Source: Chrysomallon squamiferum
Taxonomy: Eukaryota > Animalia > Mollusca
Assembly (NCBI GenBank): GCA_012295275.1
Contig: CM022673.1
Location: forward strand, 1,860,001-1,924,000
Reading direction: 5' to 3'
Length of the DNA: 64,000 bases
The translations under genes and the position numbers were made by a program. The notes under the pieces were generated by a model. It ran no database searches. It saw only the letters and a list, made by a program, of their open reading frames with translations, and was not told the origin of the DNA. This document shows positions 29,732 through 46,171 of this stretch, piece after piece. Position 1 is the stretch's first letter. Each line of letters opens with the position of its first letter.

Positions 29732-30628
29732 AATTAACTGTACATACTGAAAGAGAAAGTGTAAATGCGTGTTTGTGCCAAATGTTTGAATCTAGGTATG
29801 TATGTTTATGAGAGGAAACTGTATTTTAAAAGAATCATATTACTGTTGTATAAAACTCACCCATTTAATGATGCATGTTAAATTTTATCTGATAAACGTT
29901 TAATGCTATCAAACCTCTTTAACGTTTCAATATTTTATAACACATCATCGAAACTCATTTCTGAAGTATCAGAACAGCTCATGCTTTTTAATGCAACTTT
30001 TTGAACTGAAGCGCTTCTAAAATAATCAGTCCTACAAGAATTTTGATTTCACGAAAATAGACATTAACAACTAGAAGAAAAACAGAAAACCTGGACAATA
30101 ACATTATCATTAATTTTTTGTCTCCTGTGTAATCTACTGATTAAATATTCGCAATTCCTTGGACAGTCATTAGAACTGTACCAACGAATGCCTGTACAAA
30201 TATATATATATATACATACTTTCTGCAGCGGAGTGTCTCCTTTTTCCTACCGACATTTGTAACAGTCTGTGATGAAAAGTATCTTTGCGACTTGCTTGAT
30301 TACGTCCCACAAGCGAGTACAGAGGTTTAATTCTATTACAACGCTCTCTCCGTATACGTAGAACCGTCAGCATCTGTAACAATCGTCTGCGTAATAATCT
30401 TTATTAAACTATTTCAGCACTGGGGAAATCATTTTCGAATATGATAATCCCTTATGATATATTTTATTAATATTAATATTCTCGGACCTTCTCGGAACTG
30501 TCCGTTTCCCTTACAAAACAGAAACGTTCGGACTGGACTGGCGATCTTTCAGATACCAAAGTCATCAGATTTTGATGATTTATTTGAGGAGTAAAATGTG
30601 GATAGTTAATCATTTCAAAGTATTTGAG

Positions 30629-30707
<79 letters not shown>

Positions 30708-31419
30708 ATATATATATATATATATGATTTATTTGTTATTAAAGTGACACTTGACAATAAACTATAGTTTAATAGATTGCTTACATAAAATGATGTATAA
30801 AATGATATTGTCATCTAGTCTAATTAGGTTGATGAGATACAAAAACACACAGAACATAAAATTACAAAGAAAAATGTTTAAAATAATTACACTCGTATAA
30901 AACATCGACTGCAGAACTATAATGAAAACGGATTTCATAAAAATGGTTATTTACGCTTGTGATACTAAATACAAAAATAAATAATCAGGTAATTAAAACT
31001 TAATATAACCTAAATGAGAAGGCATTAGCGCCTTTGAAATGTAGTAAATAAAATTCTTGCTATTAAACATTGTGCTTTGTCATTCATTATTAAAATTAAT
31101 TGTTCATTTTGAGACACAATTTGATAACATTCATAGAAAAAATCGTGTTCATTTAAAAAATAACTAAGATCATCCTATATAGGGCAAGATAATAAGAATG
31201 CAGTTCATTTTCAGTACAGTCTTTACAAAAAGTACAAACTGTTTATGTCAAAGAAACAGGAGGCCTGTTACATCTTCCTGTTTCAACATCTAAATGTATG
31301 TATGTATGTGTATATATTGTGATTACTGTTTTTTGAGACGTCAAGCTCTCATAACTAAATATAATTTTAAAAAACGCGTGTGAAAAAATGACCAAAATAG
31401 TAATGTGATTCTTATCATT

Positions 31420-31481
<62 letters not shown>

Positions 31482-31638
31482 AATGAAAAGAAAGAAATTA
31501 CAAAGATTTTATCAAAGTATTAACACAAGTTTTTATTTTTTATTTTTGAACTGAAATTTAAGGGATTCCAACTGCATTATCAAAACTGCACAACAAAAAG
31601 TCTTATTTGGCTTGTTATTTTTTTATATTTTTATCTGT

Positions 31639-31701
<63 letters not shown>

Positions 31702-34700
31702 TTATTATTTTTTATATTTATCTCAGACATTTAAACAGTTTTCTTAATATCAAATTACAACCACGCAAAACCCTCACGTTTTTAAAAACAGGTCTCAAAC
31801 CGTGAATTTTAACAGGACTGTCACCACAGATCTAGATATACAGAAAAGTCTGTAACCTCCTTAATGTGAAATAGTTTATCAGTCATTATTTTTGAATTGT
31901 CGAGCGAACAATTACAGTGGTTGACACGTAGCTCATACCTAATGCATTACGATGTCTCGTAAACCTATTACTTTAATTTTTGTTATTCATATATGACAAA
32001 ATGTGTGCAAACAAATGTAGAGATGGATAAGTTTGTCGTTAGAACGTGTGAAAGTTTTGGACAAATATGCATAAAGCTGTGACAGTGTCTGTTCACGAAT
32101 TATATGAACCTAAATTAATATTACATATTACGGTTACGGATATTTTTTATACTTCGGATATCTATATTTTAATATAGATTTTAATAATCTATTAATAAAG
32201 GAAGATGGTGACATAATTGATGTCTAAGGCGGTCATTTTTGTCTTGCTAGATGACGTTGTTTCTTACGTGGAGTAGACGTGAATAATGAACAAATCATTG
32301 CAAACCTCCTATACACGTCAGTATTTGAGATTTTGGACATTTAGCGATGTCATGAAACAAGGAAAATATAAACCTCGATGTATATTTAATATATAGCTTA
32401 TTTGATTAATTAGCAAAAGTTGGTATCTATTTAAAACAGCAGCAGCAACAGCAACAACACAAAGACCACCGCCACCACCACCAACAAAAACAGGAACCCT
32501 CGTCGAGAGCCCAGCCCTTCAAAGAAAACAACAACATCACCAAGTATTTTATTTACACTGTTCTTACATCGCGTCGGCATCAAATTTTATATTTCTGGGA
32601 AGCGATATCCCTTCCCTCAGTGCAATTTCCGTACAATCTTCGCACCTACACTTTAAACTGTCTTTGACGCACGTATTTCAGCTTCTACGCCTATGCCAAC
32701 GTATAAATTATGTATTTCAGAAGCTGATACTATGGTGACAATTACATCATCTCACTGCAAACACCACGTCTTGTTTATTGCAGTTTTTCTTCAGGCAGTC
32801 GTTAAAACTGCATTTACACATCAGCATCAAAGACATAACTGAAACCATTTCTCTTTAGTTTAATTGCTTCCTCAGAAAACCTGATTTATTTTCTTCTTCT
32901 TTTTACTAGAACAGAACCGGATCCTGATAACTATCGACAATTAATAAGGTACAGAGACCTCTGCAAACACGATTATGTACTAACAAGTTTTAGAGGTGTT
33001 TTTTTTTGTTTGTTTATTTGAATGTTACGATAGACAGTTAACTTGATACAAAACATGGGTGAACTTAGTTTGAAGTGACGAATAAATCCGAGAACGTGAT
33101 TCAGCCAGTTCTTTTTTTTCTGAGTGGCTGTTTTGGCAGGAAGCTGGGAAAGGAAATATTAAGGATCATTTGCTGGTTCGTCACTAAAACTATTTGTTTG
33201 AAGAATAGAGTGAAATAGGCATTTTACAGCAGAAAACTTAACTTCAGACAAGATTAAAGCAACATCAGTCGCAGACACCTAAACAGACAGTTATCACCAA
33301 CAAATGCAATAGACCAACAGAGTAGAAGAAAAATGCAAAATATTATCTTATTATCGTCATCGTTGTCCAGTTTCTCTATTTTTATCTATTTAATTATCAT
33401 TATTTTGGTAGATTACTTTAATCATAATCAGTTATTAAGTTATCATTATATTTATCATTAATGAAAACAAAAGGCTCATTTTATCGTAGCTTATTATTTA
33501 CAAGCTCTAAGAAAATATTCGCAATTATTAGTATTATTTGTTTTAATTCATCGCAAGTTTTACAAAACTAATAATATTAGAAATGGAGATAAAGCAAATA
33601 TTTAGAATATAAATAAATAAATACTGTTACGACAGAAATACCAGGTCTATCAGAATTCTTGCAGAAAATAAAATAAAATAAATTAAATAAATAAATAAAT
33701 AAATAATTAAATTAAATTAAATAACAAAGAAATAAAGAAAGAAATTAGGAAATGAACGACAGAAGCAAAAAAAAAAAAAAAATAAAAAAATAAAAAAATA
33801 ATAAAACAATAAAGGGCATATCATACAGGCGGCATGAAAACAAGAATAGATTAGCTACTGCACAAAGCTTTGTATTCGCAATAAATAAATCACATCTCTT
33901 TTGTTATCAACTACCAAGCCAAAAACTCTGAGTACAGAACATCAGCTTCGAACTTCCTTCCTGGAAACAACAACCCAATATTAGTCTTTTCGTGTTCTGT
34001 GATGCGACGGTAGAAGAATTCCAATACTAGATACTTTAATGATTTTTATAACCAGATTTTTTTTCAATGAAACAACGAATCTGTTGAGCATTTTAACCAA
34101 CCGTAAGAAACATGATAAAAACAATTTTTATTTATGAAAATATCCAGTCTGTGTTTGTGTTTCAAAGCGTGACAACATGAAAAAATTATTTACTTGTTTC
34201 CTGCTCAGATCTTTGATACTTTGTTTCAACGACGTCGAAATGTTACGCTCGAACGTACAACAAAATTTTTGCACCCCTTGGCAGATAATGTCTGAATTAT
34301 TATCGGTTCAAGTTCGCTCTGTCGGTAAAGCGTAAACAATTTATCAGTTCTTTGTACGCTTAATGTAAATGTTGGGTTTGTTTTCTGGCTAAAACAATGA
34401 TAGAATTTCACGGCTGTTGCAGCATTTACCGCAAACGTCATCGAGCGTTGATAATGTCCCTTTGTTCCGGAGCTCTTGTGGACATAACGTGCAAATGGAT
34501 ACCTTCCCAAATCAACGGGAGAAATACAAAAATGTTTTAAACTAACCTAATACGAATCCTAACATAGCGTCAGGCATGGTATTATGACACTGGACATAAA
34601 AGTCCGGTTATCACACAAAATCAATTCTGTGGTAAAAAAAAAAAATGTTCACGGATATGTGGTCGTCGCGGAAAGTCTGCAGATGCAATTGCTTTATCGT

Positions 34701-35099
34701 GGTTTCCGCTAACAACGTCGTCGTAATTTTAAACACTTCGGCCACGTCCAGGTCTTAATATGACGAGGGAGATCTTTCAGAATTGGAAACCGATCCCCAA
34801 CCTATCAACAACGACTTTGAGGGGATTTTTGTTTGACCGCTCGTCCGTTTCAGAGATTGTACGGTCAGCCGGTCAGTGATCTTTGTGGACAAAGCTTAGT
34901 CGTCTGGGCTTTAATCACTCGCTAATAGGTCGCCATTTTCCTTTCTGCTTCTTTTTTCTAATATTTCTTCTTTTTTTCTTCTTTGTCTTTAATTTTTTAT
35001 TAAAACAGGCTTTAAAGTTTTTTTTGTGTTTTCTTTAAAAGATTTTCCTCCGTGTTCTTCATCTATATTAGTGTTCTTAAAATGGTGAATTCTTGTAAT

Positions 35100-35136
<37 letters not shown>

Positions 35137-35316
35137 TATTACGTTTATTTTAATCTTTTAGTTTGAGATTCCTAAATTCTTGCAACTGCTATAATACTTT
35201 CACTGCTAACATTTTTTTTTTTTTTTTTAAATTGGACTAAATAAAACTATAAAAAAAGTATTTTTGGCTTAGTATGGATAAACAGAGTTAAATAAAACAA
35301 GAAGAAGTTTCTCTAA

Positions 35317-35349
<33 letters not shown>

Positions 35350-35987
35350 ATAATAATAATGATAACAGGACAAAAAAGGTATTACAAAAACAGTGGCAAC
35401 TATAATCAATCTGCATTTGAATTCACTCTGTTGGTCACGTAGAACGAGGTAAGCAAGTATTTTGTGTATTTTGACATGTAAATAAACCCTAGAAAACTAC
35501 GTTAATAATGATACTGTGTCACAAAACAGAGGTGTTTAAAAGGGCGCTCTGGCTGTGTTGTCTGTATTAATGAACGTCTGCTAAGAGGTCGGAATCACGC
35601 GGATTTCTCACCAGAGAAACGCATTCGATGAATGACGTCACGTAATTATGACACGGAACTCTCGCGTTACGAGAGTCAAAAAAAAAGGTAATTGAGAAAA
35701 CAAATTATCCTCACGGAATGATGAACATTATGAGACTCTGTTTAATCTTTGTATACGTTCCGGGGTGAAAGTCCGGTCTTCGGTTATTAAAATAAATAAA
35801 TAAATATAATAAATAAATAAAAAATAAAGAATGAAAAATAAAAATGACAACACAAATAAATAAAAATGCTTGTTATTCTGAAACATAACCTGCAGCTATA
35901 ATACAAGATATTTTTCGTCGTAACAAGGAAGAAAATAATAGAAAAGAAGAAGAAGAAAACACCTCACAATAAAGAACAGGGAATGAA

Positions 35988-36021
<34 letters not shown>

Positions 36022-36710
36022 ATGTCGAAAAGAAAAAGTAAAAACCGAAAAAGCAAAAGTCAAAATCGAAACGTCAAAAGAAAACGGAAGGGAAAGAATA
36101 TTTTTATTTTGCATTTTTATTATTTAGTGGGGTTTTTTTTTAAAGAAAGAGATAAAGACAAAAACAATTCAGTAAATGTCATAACTTCTGGTGGATACAA
36201 AAATAATAATAATAATACAATTAAAAATAAATAAATAAATAAATAAATGAACAAAAATAATAACAATAAAATTAAAGAGAAAAACAAAAGAATAACATAT
36301 AATTAAAAAAATAAATGAGACAGTACTAAAGTAAGTAAAAACGTAAATATGAAGATAAATAAATAAAGGATAAGTATGTAAGTAAGTAAGTAAATAAATA
36401 AATAAGCGAACATAAACTACTGCATGGAAAAAGCTTCAAACTATCTTTTTTCTTCTTCCAAAGTTAATAAAATAAAACAACATCGAACAACACAAAATCA
36501 TTAGACTTTTTTTCAGTTAAAAAAAACAAAATGAACAACAACAACAAAAAATCCTATAAATAAAATAATATAATTAATAATAAAACTGACGTGTATAAAT
36601 GTATACAGAAATAGAACTATGATTTATTTACATTGTTTAATTAATATTAACACATTTTAATGAGCATGAAATATTAATAACATAAAAATATACGAGAATA
36701 GACTTACGGC

Positions 36711-36743
<33 letters not shown>

Positions 36744-37435
36744 CATCAGACCTTAATTGACTTACTTTTGTCACCTATAACTGGATTTGAACGCGCATGC
36801 CTGACCGGAAATTACATTTTTTGTGTGTTTATTTGGTGATGATACTTGCTATGTAACAACGCCATGTGTTGTCGATGTTCTGGCAATTAACTGTTCCGAA
36901 ATCCTGGCAACTTTGTAAAGGATGACCTCGCGTTTTCCCTCATCAACAGCGGGTTACGGAGGAGATTGACTCCAAGTTCCTGGCTTGTTTGCAAGGCGCT
37001 CACGCCATTGTTCGGCTGTTATGAAACCGAAGTTATAAGAGAAGGCGTTGTTACTTGCTAAATGGGTTTGGAGAATCATGTTCGTTTTGTTTAGAAGAAG
37101 ACAAATTGATGCGATTGGCTTGTATAATTAATTATGTGTTTTTGTTGTTGTTGTGTTTAATGTGCTGGTATAGCGATCCACAAACACTTATTCTTCAACT
37201 GCTTTGATAGGCAAAGAAATATAGATCTAGAAACTCTGTGGTTTATGAAAATAAAATGATATTAAAAAACCAATATAGAAAACAATAAAGGAAAAGAAAA
37301 AAGGAAAAAAAATAAAATAACATCAAAATATAATGATGATGATAATGACCATGACGATAATGATGATATTAATAAAATAAAATAAAATAAAATAAAATAA
37401 AATAAAATAAAAAATAAAATAAAATAAATAAATAA

Positions 37436-37468
<33 letters not shown>

Positions 37469-38605
37469 ATCATGCTCCCACGACATAAAAAATATTTATA
37501 ATTAAAAAAACGTTTTAAAATAGATTTTGTTTCTTGTAATTCTACTAAATCTTCTTTCCATTACATGTTTAAATCATAACACCCACATTTATCAGATTCA
37601 TTTCCTCCCATCTTTTCCCAAGAAGCTTCAAGCCTCAACGACTCAGTGTTTGTTCTTTTGGACTTTAAACTTGTAGACAGTGTGCGAATCTTTCATACAG
37701 ATTATCTCTCACACTCAGAACTAATCTTCACAAAGAACACTCTGAACATCAGCAATGAACGATCAGGATTAGCTGGTGCACGAAGACATCCTTTTGCGCA
37801 CGGACTGAAGAATTTCTGCTCGTCGTTCCATTTTTTAAATGTTTGTTTAGTACTCTTGCAGTCTGTTTGTTCATTTATTTATTTTATTTTATTTTATTTT
37901 ATTTTGTTTAATTTTGTTTAATTTTATTTTGTTTAATTTTGTTTGATTTAATTTTATCTGAAAACATGATTACATGTTTGAAATGTCAAAATTATCAAAT
38001 CTGTTGTCTAGATTCCAGAATAATTCTTCTTCGATATTCCGCGTGACAACATTATATCTCTTACACTCATGCTAACTTAAAATAACTGTAACAAAAAAGT
38101 CACTTTATTTGTACTACATTTCACAGTTAGCTGTGACAGACAGTCTAAAACAGGACGGGTATCAACATGGTTTAACACCGCAGGCTAAGGAAAACCAACA
38201 GAATCGCTGATTTTCGCGACCTTGTAATTCTTCACTCAGCTCACGATTAAAACCAATTTCAAGACGCAGTCTAAGATTCTTTCAGTCTGGAGATTTCAGC
38301 GCAAATGCCTGGAATCTATAACATGACTGCCAGTTTCACAGACGCACAGAGTTCAGTGTCAGAATTTCAGTTTTAAAGTACATACCCTGTACAAGTCGAT
38401 CATCTCACGTAGTTTTGAAATAAATATACCGTGTGCACGTGGCTTTCATACACTCATATTTATCTCTAATCGTTATCTCAGTCACACACGTAGTTATCTC
38501 AGAGTGATGCACATGCTCGATTTCAGTTAATTTTATTCTTATTAACCTCATCCAAAGCGACGAGTCAATTAGTTATTGATTTGCGTAATGTTTGATGTTC
38601 CGTGC

Positions 38606-39210
38606 TGTTATGTTGACAAACAGTTATAAAACACATGTCGTTATGTTTACAGTTATAAAATACATGTCGTTATGTTGACAAACAGTTATAAAACACATGT
38701 CGTTATGTTGACAAACAGTTATAAAACACATGTCGTTATGTTTACAGTTATAAAATACATGTCGTTATGTTTACAGTTATAAAATACATGTCGTTATGTT
38801 GACAAACAGTTATAAAATACATGTCGTTATGTTGACAAACAGTTATAAAATACATGTCGTTATGTTGACAAACAGTTATAAAATACATGTCGTTATGTTA
38901 ACAGTTATAAAATGCATGTCGTTATGTTTACCAGCAGTTATAAAATACGTAGTTATATTTACCAACAGTTAAGAAATACATACTGTTATATTTACCAACA
39001 ATTATAAAATACATGTCGTTATGTTTACAGTTATAAAATACATGTCGTTATGTTTACCAACAGTTATAAAATACATACTGTTATATTTACCAACAGTTAT
39101 TGAATACATACTGTTATATTTACCAACAGTTATAAAATTCATACTGTCATATTTAATAACAGTTACAAAATACATACTGTTATATTTCCCAATGATTATA
39201 AAATGCATAC
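38606..39210. repeat. Minisatellite, 19 units of mostly 33 or 29 bp (ATGTCGTTATGTTGACAAACAGTTATAAAATAC and variants)
   Basis: Head-to-tail units read directly from the sequence, with no unique spacers. Confidence 0.95.
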
Positions 39211-42200
39211 TTATTTTTGTTTGAATTATCTCACTCATTTATTTATCTATTTATTTCCTCTTCTTCTTAATTAATTAATTAACTTAGAGGTAAAATTAAT
39301 GTTTGTAATTGAATTACATGCTCAGGAAACGTATTCTTTCTTCTTCTTCTTTTATTATTTTTTTTATTATCATATATATGTTTTATATTTTTAATTCTGT
39401 TTTGAGGTTGTCTATTATTTTACTAATATAGGAAGTTTGTTAAATTTTATACTCAGACGTTAATTAAAAATGTAACTCTCGCATCAGCTATTTTTCTTAA
39501 ACTAACGAATATACCTCATTAAATGTATTCCTATCCAAGTCTTTTGTCCATGATGAAATACTGGCTCTTCTAAGCGTCAACTCCATTCAGAAAAACATAA
39601 AAATAATAATAATAGTAATAATACCACATCGAAAAAAAAAATATATATATTTATATATATATAAATTAAAAAAAAATAAAAACATCAACAAATAAATAAA
39701 CAAACAAAACATTAACAACAATAACAATAATAAAACTCCATTAAGGTAAAAAAAGAGAGAACAATTAAAGAAAAAATAAAATAAAATAAAATAAAATAAG
39801 ATAAGATAAGATAAGATAAGATAAAATAAAATAAAACCAAATCGGTTACAGACAGAGCGAGTGTCACTGAGGTAACCATGAAACGTGTTCACAGACATTA
39901 AATCTGAGTCCATCATAAACTTCTCTAAAATAGAAACTTTCAAAGTCTCTGGGGAATATTAAAATGTTTTCGGCATCAGGCACACACGGCCGCTGTCGTA
40001 AAAGCGGGTATAAAACTTTGACTGTTAAGAAAAGGAATCAGATTCGGTCTCAAATCATCACCACACTGACGTACACACGCAGGGAAATGGCCTGTGAATT
40101 CCTGCAGTAAATCCTTGTTTAAAAGTTCTCAAAGCGAACACTGCTGGTCATTTAAACAGAATCTACAGAATTTTAACCAGACGTTGCTTCTTGAAAACAC
40201 ATAATAATAATTATATTACACTTTATATATATTTTTTTTACACCGCTGTCTAGACGGTGCGAAAAAAAACGTGCCTAATCTGGCTTTTGTATTGTGTAAT
40301 TTTAGAATGATAAATTATTTCTAATGACGTTCTTAAAAGTTATACTGTTGATAATTAAAAGAATAAAACGTTCCTAAGGTTTTAACAAGCTGTACCATAT
40401 CGATAGCGAACACTGACTTTTTATATAACTCCTCCAAAAAAAAACCAAATTTTTTTTTTACTAAAATAATAGGGAATTAGTCCATTGTATTATAAAGTTA
40501 AAAAAAAAGAAGAAAAAAGTAAGGTAGTCACGACTTCCTTAAATAATAGTCATTAATTTATAAAAGAATCGATGCGTTTTAATAATCTGTCTAATATTAA
40601 AATTCACGTACATGAAATAAATATATATTATTTAAGCAATGTGAAATATATATATATATATATATATAAAAAAATACTACTAATAATAAAAAAAAAATAC
40701 AATACATTAAAAAGAAATTGAAACATTCGCCTCAATAAAAAGGACTGGAGACATGGTCGCTAGTTAGAACACATATTTAAGACGTAATATTTTTCAAAAC
40801 CAGTCCTCCTTACTGCACTGGTGTTTAGTTTTCTGTTCCAGCGAGAAGCAAGTCGCGCTGTTTCTTTATTATCTAAGTAAACCTGCATACAAAGTATTCC
40901 TACTGCTAATTAAAAAGAGCAGTTCGTGGAATGGTGGCATCACATTTCTTTCCTTATATCCTCATTAATTAAAACCATATACTCTGCAGCTAATAAGGAT
41001 TAATAATAAAATCATGCGGAGATTTCGTTAAATAAATTTAATATTCATTCATTATTCGACATAGGACAGATTGGCGGATAACTACATTGAACACGTACAA
41101 GTAATTAATTTTTTTTGTTTTTTTTTTTACTTTTTTTTTTTTTTTTAAATTAAACTTTCAAAAATGTTCCCAAGCACAAAAGAAAGTTTTTCTTGACGTA
41201 ACTCCGATTCTGATAGACGAACTAGGAGACTAGCGGTGGCCACCATTGTTCACATTATGATTCAGAACGAAGGTCAACGTTATATAACCCGTTCTGCCCG
41301 GCTCAATCAGTGAAGATTTAATTAACTATAAACTGCAGCGGTGATAGCTTGTCAACAACAACTCATTTAAAACTGGCGTACCTTGGAGTAAACGAATTAC
41401 GTAAGAAAATAAATTAGAAAGAAATAAAAACCACAGCGATAAAAGGGATAATAAGGATACACACGACATTGGGTAAATTAATTTTCAATACAATGAATAT
41501 AGCACGGTGCTGGTAATGAAATTGTTTGGTTTTGTGATCGTAAAGTTTGTTTTTTTCGCGGATTCTGTTTCATATCAGACTGAAACTGAGAAATGACATT
41601 AAAATACCTTCTTTTTATTATAATTGGTGCATGGTTGTTGTATTACCATACCATCGCCTTGTCATACCTAAGTCGCTAATTATCATTACAGTATCAGTAT
41701 AATGTAACAGCTTTGTTACGTTAACGTATGATGTCAATGCTACGGTAGTATAATATAAAAATTTACTTTTGGTATTTGTATTATAGAAGACACAACATTT
41801 CAAAAATCATTGCTACTTCCCTGTAACACCCGTGTCATACCACTCATAAATCGTTGTCATGTTGTAATTCAAGTAGATGCAAAACAAAACAAAACAAAAC
41901 AAAACAATACGTTTTCATTTTAAAATAATTTCTAGACTGTTTATTTTGAAATCAAATGTTAATTAATTATTAAAATCCGAACAGATCATAAATACACATC
42001 CTATCTGAGTCATTATGATAGGACTTAGTTCTTGTCCTAAAGACACCACATGCATTTTAAACACGAGTTTATTAACTAGCGCACATACTCCTTAACAAAC
42101 ACTGACAACTGGATGGAAACCAACGCCCGAAGCCAAACGTTCTAGGAAAGAAACGTTAACCTTTTCCTTCAAGCCCAGAAAATGTTTACCTACTGCCGCT

Positions 42201-42607
42201 TATTACGTAAAAATTAAACTAATTTGTTACCAGAGTAATCTAATTATCATTACTTCATGTTCAACGTTTATACGCTATCTGAATTTAATGAAACTGATAC
42301 AACTTTGTGACAACAAACACGTTTGATTTGGCTTTGTACTTTTAAAACCATTAGTCTGATAATATTCAAACTCTGAAATCTGTCTTTCTTAGATTTCATC
42401 ACTTTCTTAGAATTCTTAACATTTCTGAATATATAAACAGTTCTAGAAAATTTTACAGTTCTGAAATGTGGGTTCAGTAAATGTGAAATCCGACCTTCTT
42501 GGATAACATGACTTTTTAGAGATTTAAATGACTATTCTAGATTTTACGACACTTCTGAATGCTATGGCTAGTTTTAAGAGATTCTGTAGATTATATTCAT
42601 TATTGAA

Positions 42608-42652
<45 letters not shown>

Positions 42653-43165
42653 TACGCACATACATACACACATATATAATAAATTAAAAAAATAATAAAT
42701 AAATAAAAAATAAAAAATAATAACACATTTTTTCGCTATACTCTCAAAATCCGAATTGCATTTGAAAAATAGTTTAATGAGTAAGAGTCTTACAGTGGGC
42801 AATGCTCAGCATTCAAAACCCATCCACATGTTTATGTTTATTGCGAATGCAATAGTTACATACCAAACAAAGGTGCTTTAGATTCATGGACTATGCTGAT
42901 GACTGAAGAGAACTGTAAAACAGTTTATTCTTTAAAGCACAACACCTGAGGAAAATCGTACGGCAAGGAAACCGTACACACTGAGGAGAAAGTGTCTGAA
43001 ATAATGAAGCAAATTTGGAAAGATGCAGCAAAAAACCTACAAGAAAACAAAGCGCAATACGTATAAAAGAAAATGAAAAAAAAAAAAAATTAAATAAAAG
43101 GATTAAAAGAAATAAGAAAGAAAGAAAGAAAGAAAGAAATACCGAAAGAGAAGGAAAAATTAAAT

Positions 43166-43203
<38 letters not shown>

Positions 43204-43766
43204 GCCAGTAAAACCGAAATAAACAACATACCCCTACAAAAATATTAAATAATAATAATAATAATAATAATGTATATGAAAAAAAAAAAAAAAAACAGCC
43301 AATAAAAGAAAAGAAAAATAAAGTGTAAACTTTGATCTGAAATGGAAGCACGCCATTAGTCGTATTACGCTAAATCATTTTTTGTTTTCCTGATTTTCTG
43401 CGTCTTGTTTTTCACACCGGCTTGTTAGCGTTGTGTAATGATCGCGTCGCCAGTAATCAAACTTCCAATTAGAGCTGTCAGAGCACACGCGTCTCCAGTC
43501 ATTTGTACTGGTGTTTTAACACAATGGATACCATTACACTCTCTGCACGAACGTCAACAACAAAAAAAACAACTAAAAATACAACAAAAAAACAACAACA
43601 AACAAACACAAAAACAAAACATAACAACAAAAAACAAAAAACATAACAACAAAAAACAAAAAACAAAAACAAAACAACAACAACAAACAGGCAAATCAAA
43701 ATTTAAAATTTAAAAAAAAAGAAAAGCAAAAAATAAAATTAACATAGTGTTAAAATATACACTCAT

Positions 43767-43854
<88 letters not shown>

Positions 43855-44884
43855 GTTTTTCTGTCTTTCATAGCTCTATCTTTTTTAATCACATAATTAT
43901 GTACTTAGGAAGCCTTATTCTAGATAACGTTCGCTTCAGACAACAACAAAAAACAACCAAAAATCCAACAAAAAAATCAGTCATAATTTCAAAGAACATT
44001 AATCAATAGACAAAAATCTAAATAAATAAATAAATAAAATCCAACAAATTAGGCTTTAAAAGTCTAATAAATGAATAGAAGGTGTTTGAAAGTAGTACGA
44101 TCACTGTCTTTTTTCATTGGTGAGTCTGAATACTATACTCTACAAGAAAAGAAAAAAATATTTACAAAAATGTGACAACTGTCAGAATCAGTGGTATCAT
44201 TTTACCTGGCTTGAGAACTAAACCCTCCTTCCTTCTAGTTTTCCGAAAGTGTTATACGATCATGATAAACTGCAGTGTACTTTGGTCACTAGAGAACCCG
44301 CTTTAATTGAATACACACAGAAATAAGAGGGATGTGTCTCATTTAATCGTTTCGACTTGATTTGTTTCACGATCTCCAGTGAAAAGCTGTGTAATGTGCT
44401 ATCTGACTGTCTGGGACCTATTTTCGTTAATCTCTATCTAGTTGTGTAGTCAGTGGTATTTTCTTCTCGCGCTTATCTCTGCTGCATGCGTTGTTGTTGG
44501 TGTTGTGGGTTTACGTCTCGGACGTAATACTTAAGAGAAAGGGTTTGCAGATCCAGTGCTAAATAGTTTTATGAAGAAAAAGAAGAAGAAGAAGAAAAAA
44601 ACCCGTGAAACGACATGAACGAACAACAACATAATTAATATTAAACAGAATATTACAAACGTCATACCAAATATTCCTGTATATTTTTTAATATAGGAAT
44701 AAAAGTAAACAAAGTTTACATTCGTTTTTTTTTCTTTTTTCTTTTTTCTGTTATTGATTAAAATTTCCATTAAGAATAACTGTAAAAAAAAAAAAAAATT
44801 AAAATTATAGATTTATTCATTTTTGAATTTATATTCACAAGAAAGCATACACCACGATTCTTATAAATCAGACAATGTGAAAAG

Positions 44885-44965
44885 GAAATTATCCTTTGGG
44901 TAACTCGATGGGGACTGATCCTTGAGACCACCGCGCCTCAGTGGAGCGATTTTGACACCACCCCT
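44885..44965 (-). mobile_element. Possible decayed tRNA-derived SINE head
   Basis: Minus strand reads GTGGTGTCAAAATCGCTCCACTGAGGCGCGGTGGTCTCAAGGATCAGTCCCC, a tRNA-like layout with a degenerate B box (GGATCAGTCCC). Resemblance only, with no second copy seen in the window. Confidence 0.3.
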
Positions 44966-45843
44966 AGAAAGAATGGATTTTTTGTTTTTTTAGTCCGCGT
45001 TCTAACTAGCATACTTTACTTTCAGTGACGCAATCGCTAACGATTTATTGTCAGTCAGATAACTGAAACGAGATACGCTGTCAAATGCACAACATGAAAC
45101 AAACCTTTCAAAAGAGGTGAAGAAAACTGGTGGAAAAGCAAGAAGAAAAATAAATACACATATTTTTTTTTTTAAAAAGGCGAAAGAAACGGCAAAAGTC
45201 GTCTGTTTCTATGTAAATATTCCATCAACAGCTCAGAACTGATCCATCTTTTTCTCTCTACTGCTGCTGCTGCTATTACTACTACTACTATTACTACTAG
45301 TGCTTTTACTATTACTATTACTACGACTGCTACTACGACTACTACTACTACTAATAAACAAACAAACGAATAAATAAATAAATAAATAAATAAACACATA
45401 AATAAATAAATACCTTCTTTAGAATGGAATAGAAATAATTCGATAAATCAAAATACTAGCTAAAGGCACTTGATATCTGTATTTCTGAGTCTAGTTATTC
45501 TGATTTATGATAATTTATAACTGTTTCTTTCAGAACGACAAAAAAAAAAAAAAAAAAAAAAGTAAAATAAAAATAATAATAATTTCAACTATCGGAAGAC
45601 AAATTAGCTAAGAAGCCGTAAGCAAAAGGAAATTAAAACACAATCGTCTTGCAATAAGATCCCGCTCACAAATACCCAGCAACTTAATAATCTTCGCTGC
45701 CGGATTTAACCCTCGTTTCATTAGCGTCTCAAAGACAAATGAATGCTCGTGAACTGGGTTTGCCCTGCCGTCAGCTCTTTTGCCCCGAGTGAAAAATTAC
45801 TTTGTCATCATAGCTGGAGTTGCAGAACTGAGAGACAGACATT

Positions 45844-46171
<328 letters not shown>

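Noticed and set aside
38606-39210. CRISPR-like array
   Set aside because: The units are contiguous with no unique spacers, there are no cas genes, and the context is eukaryotic.
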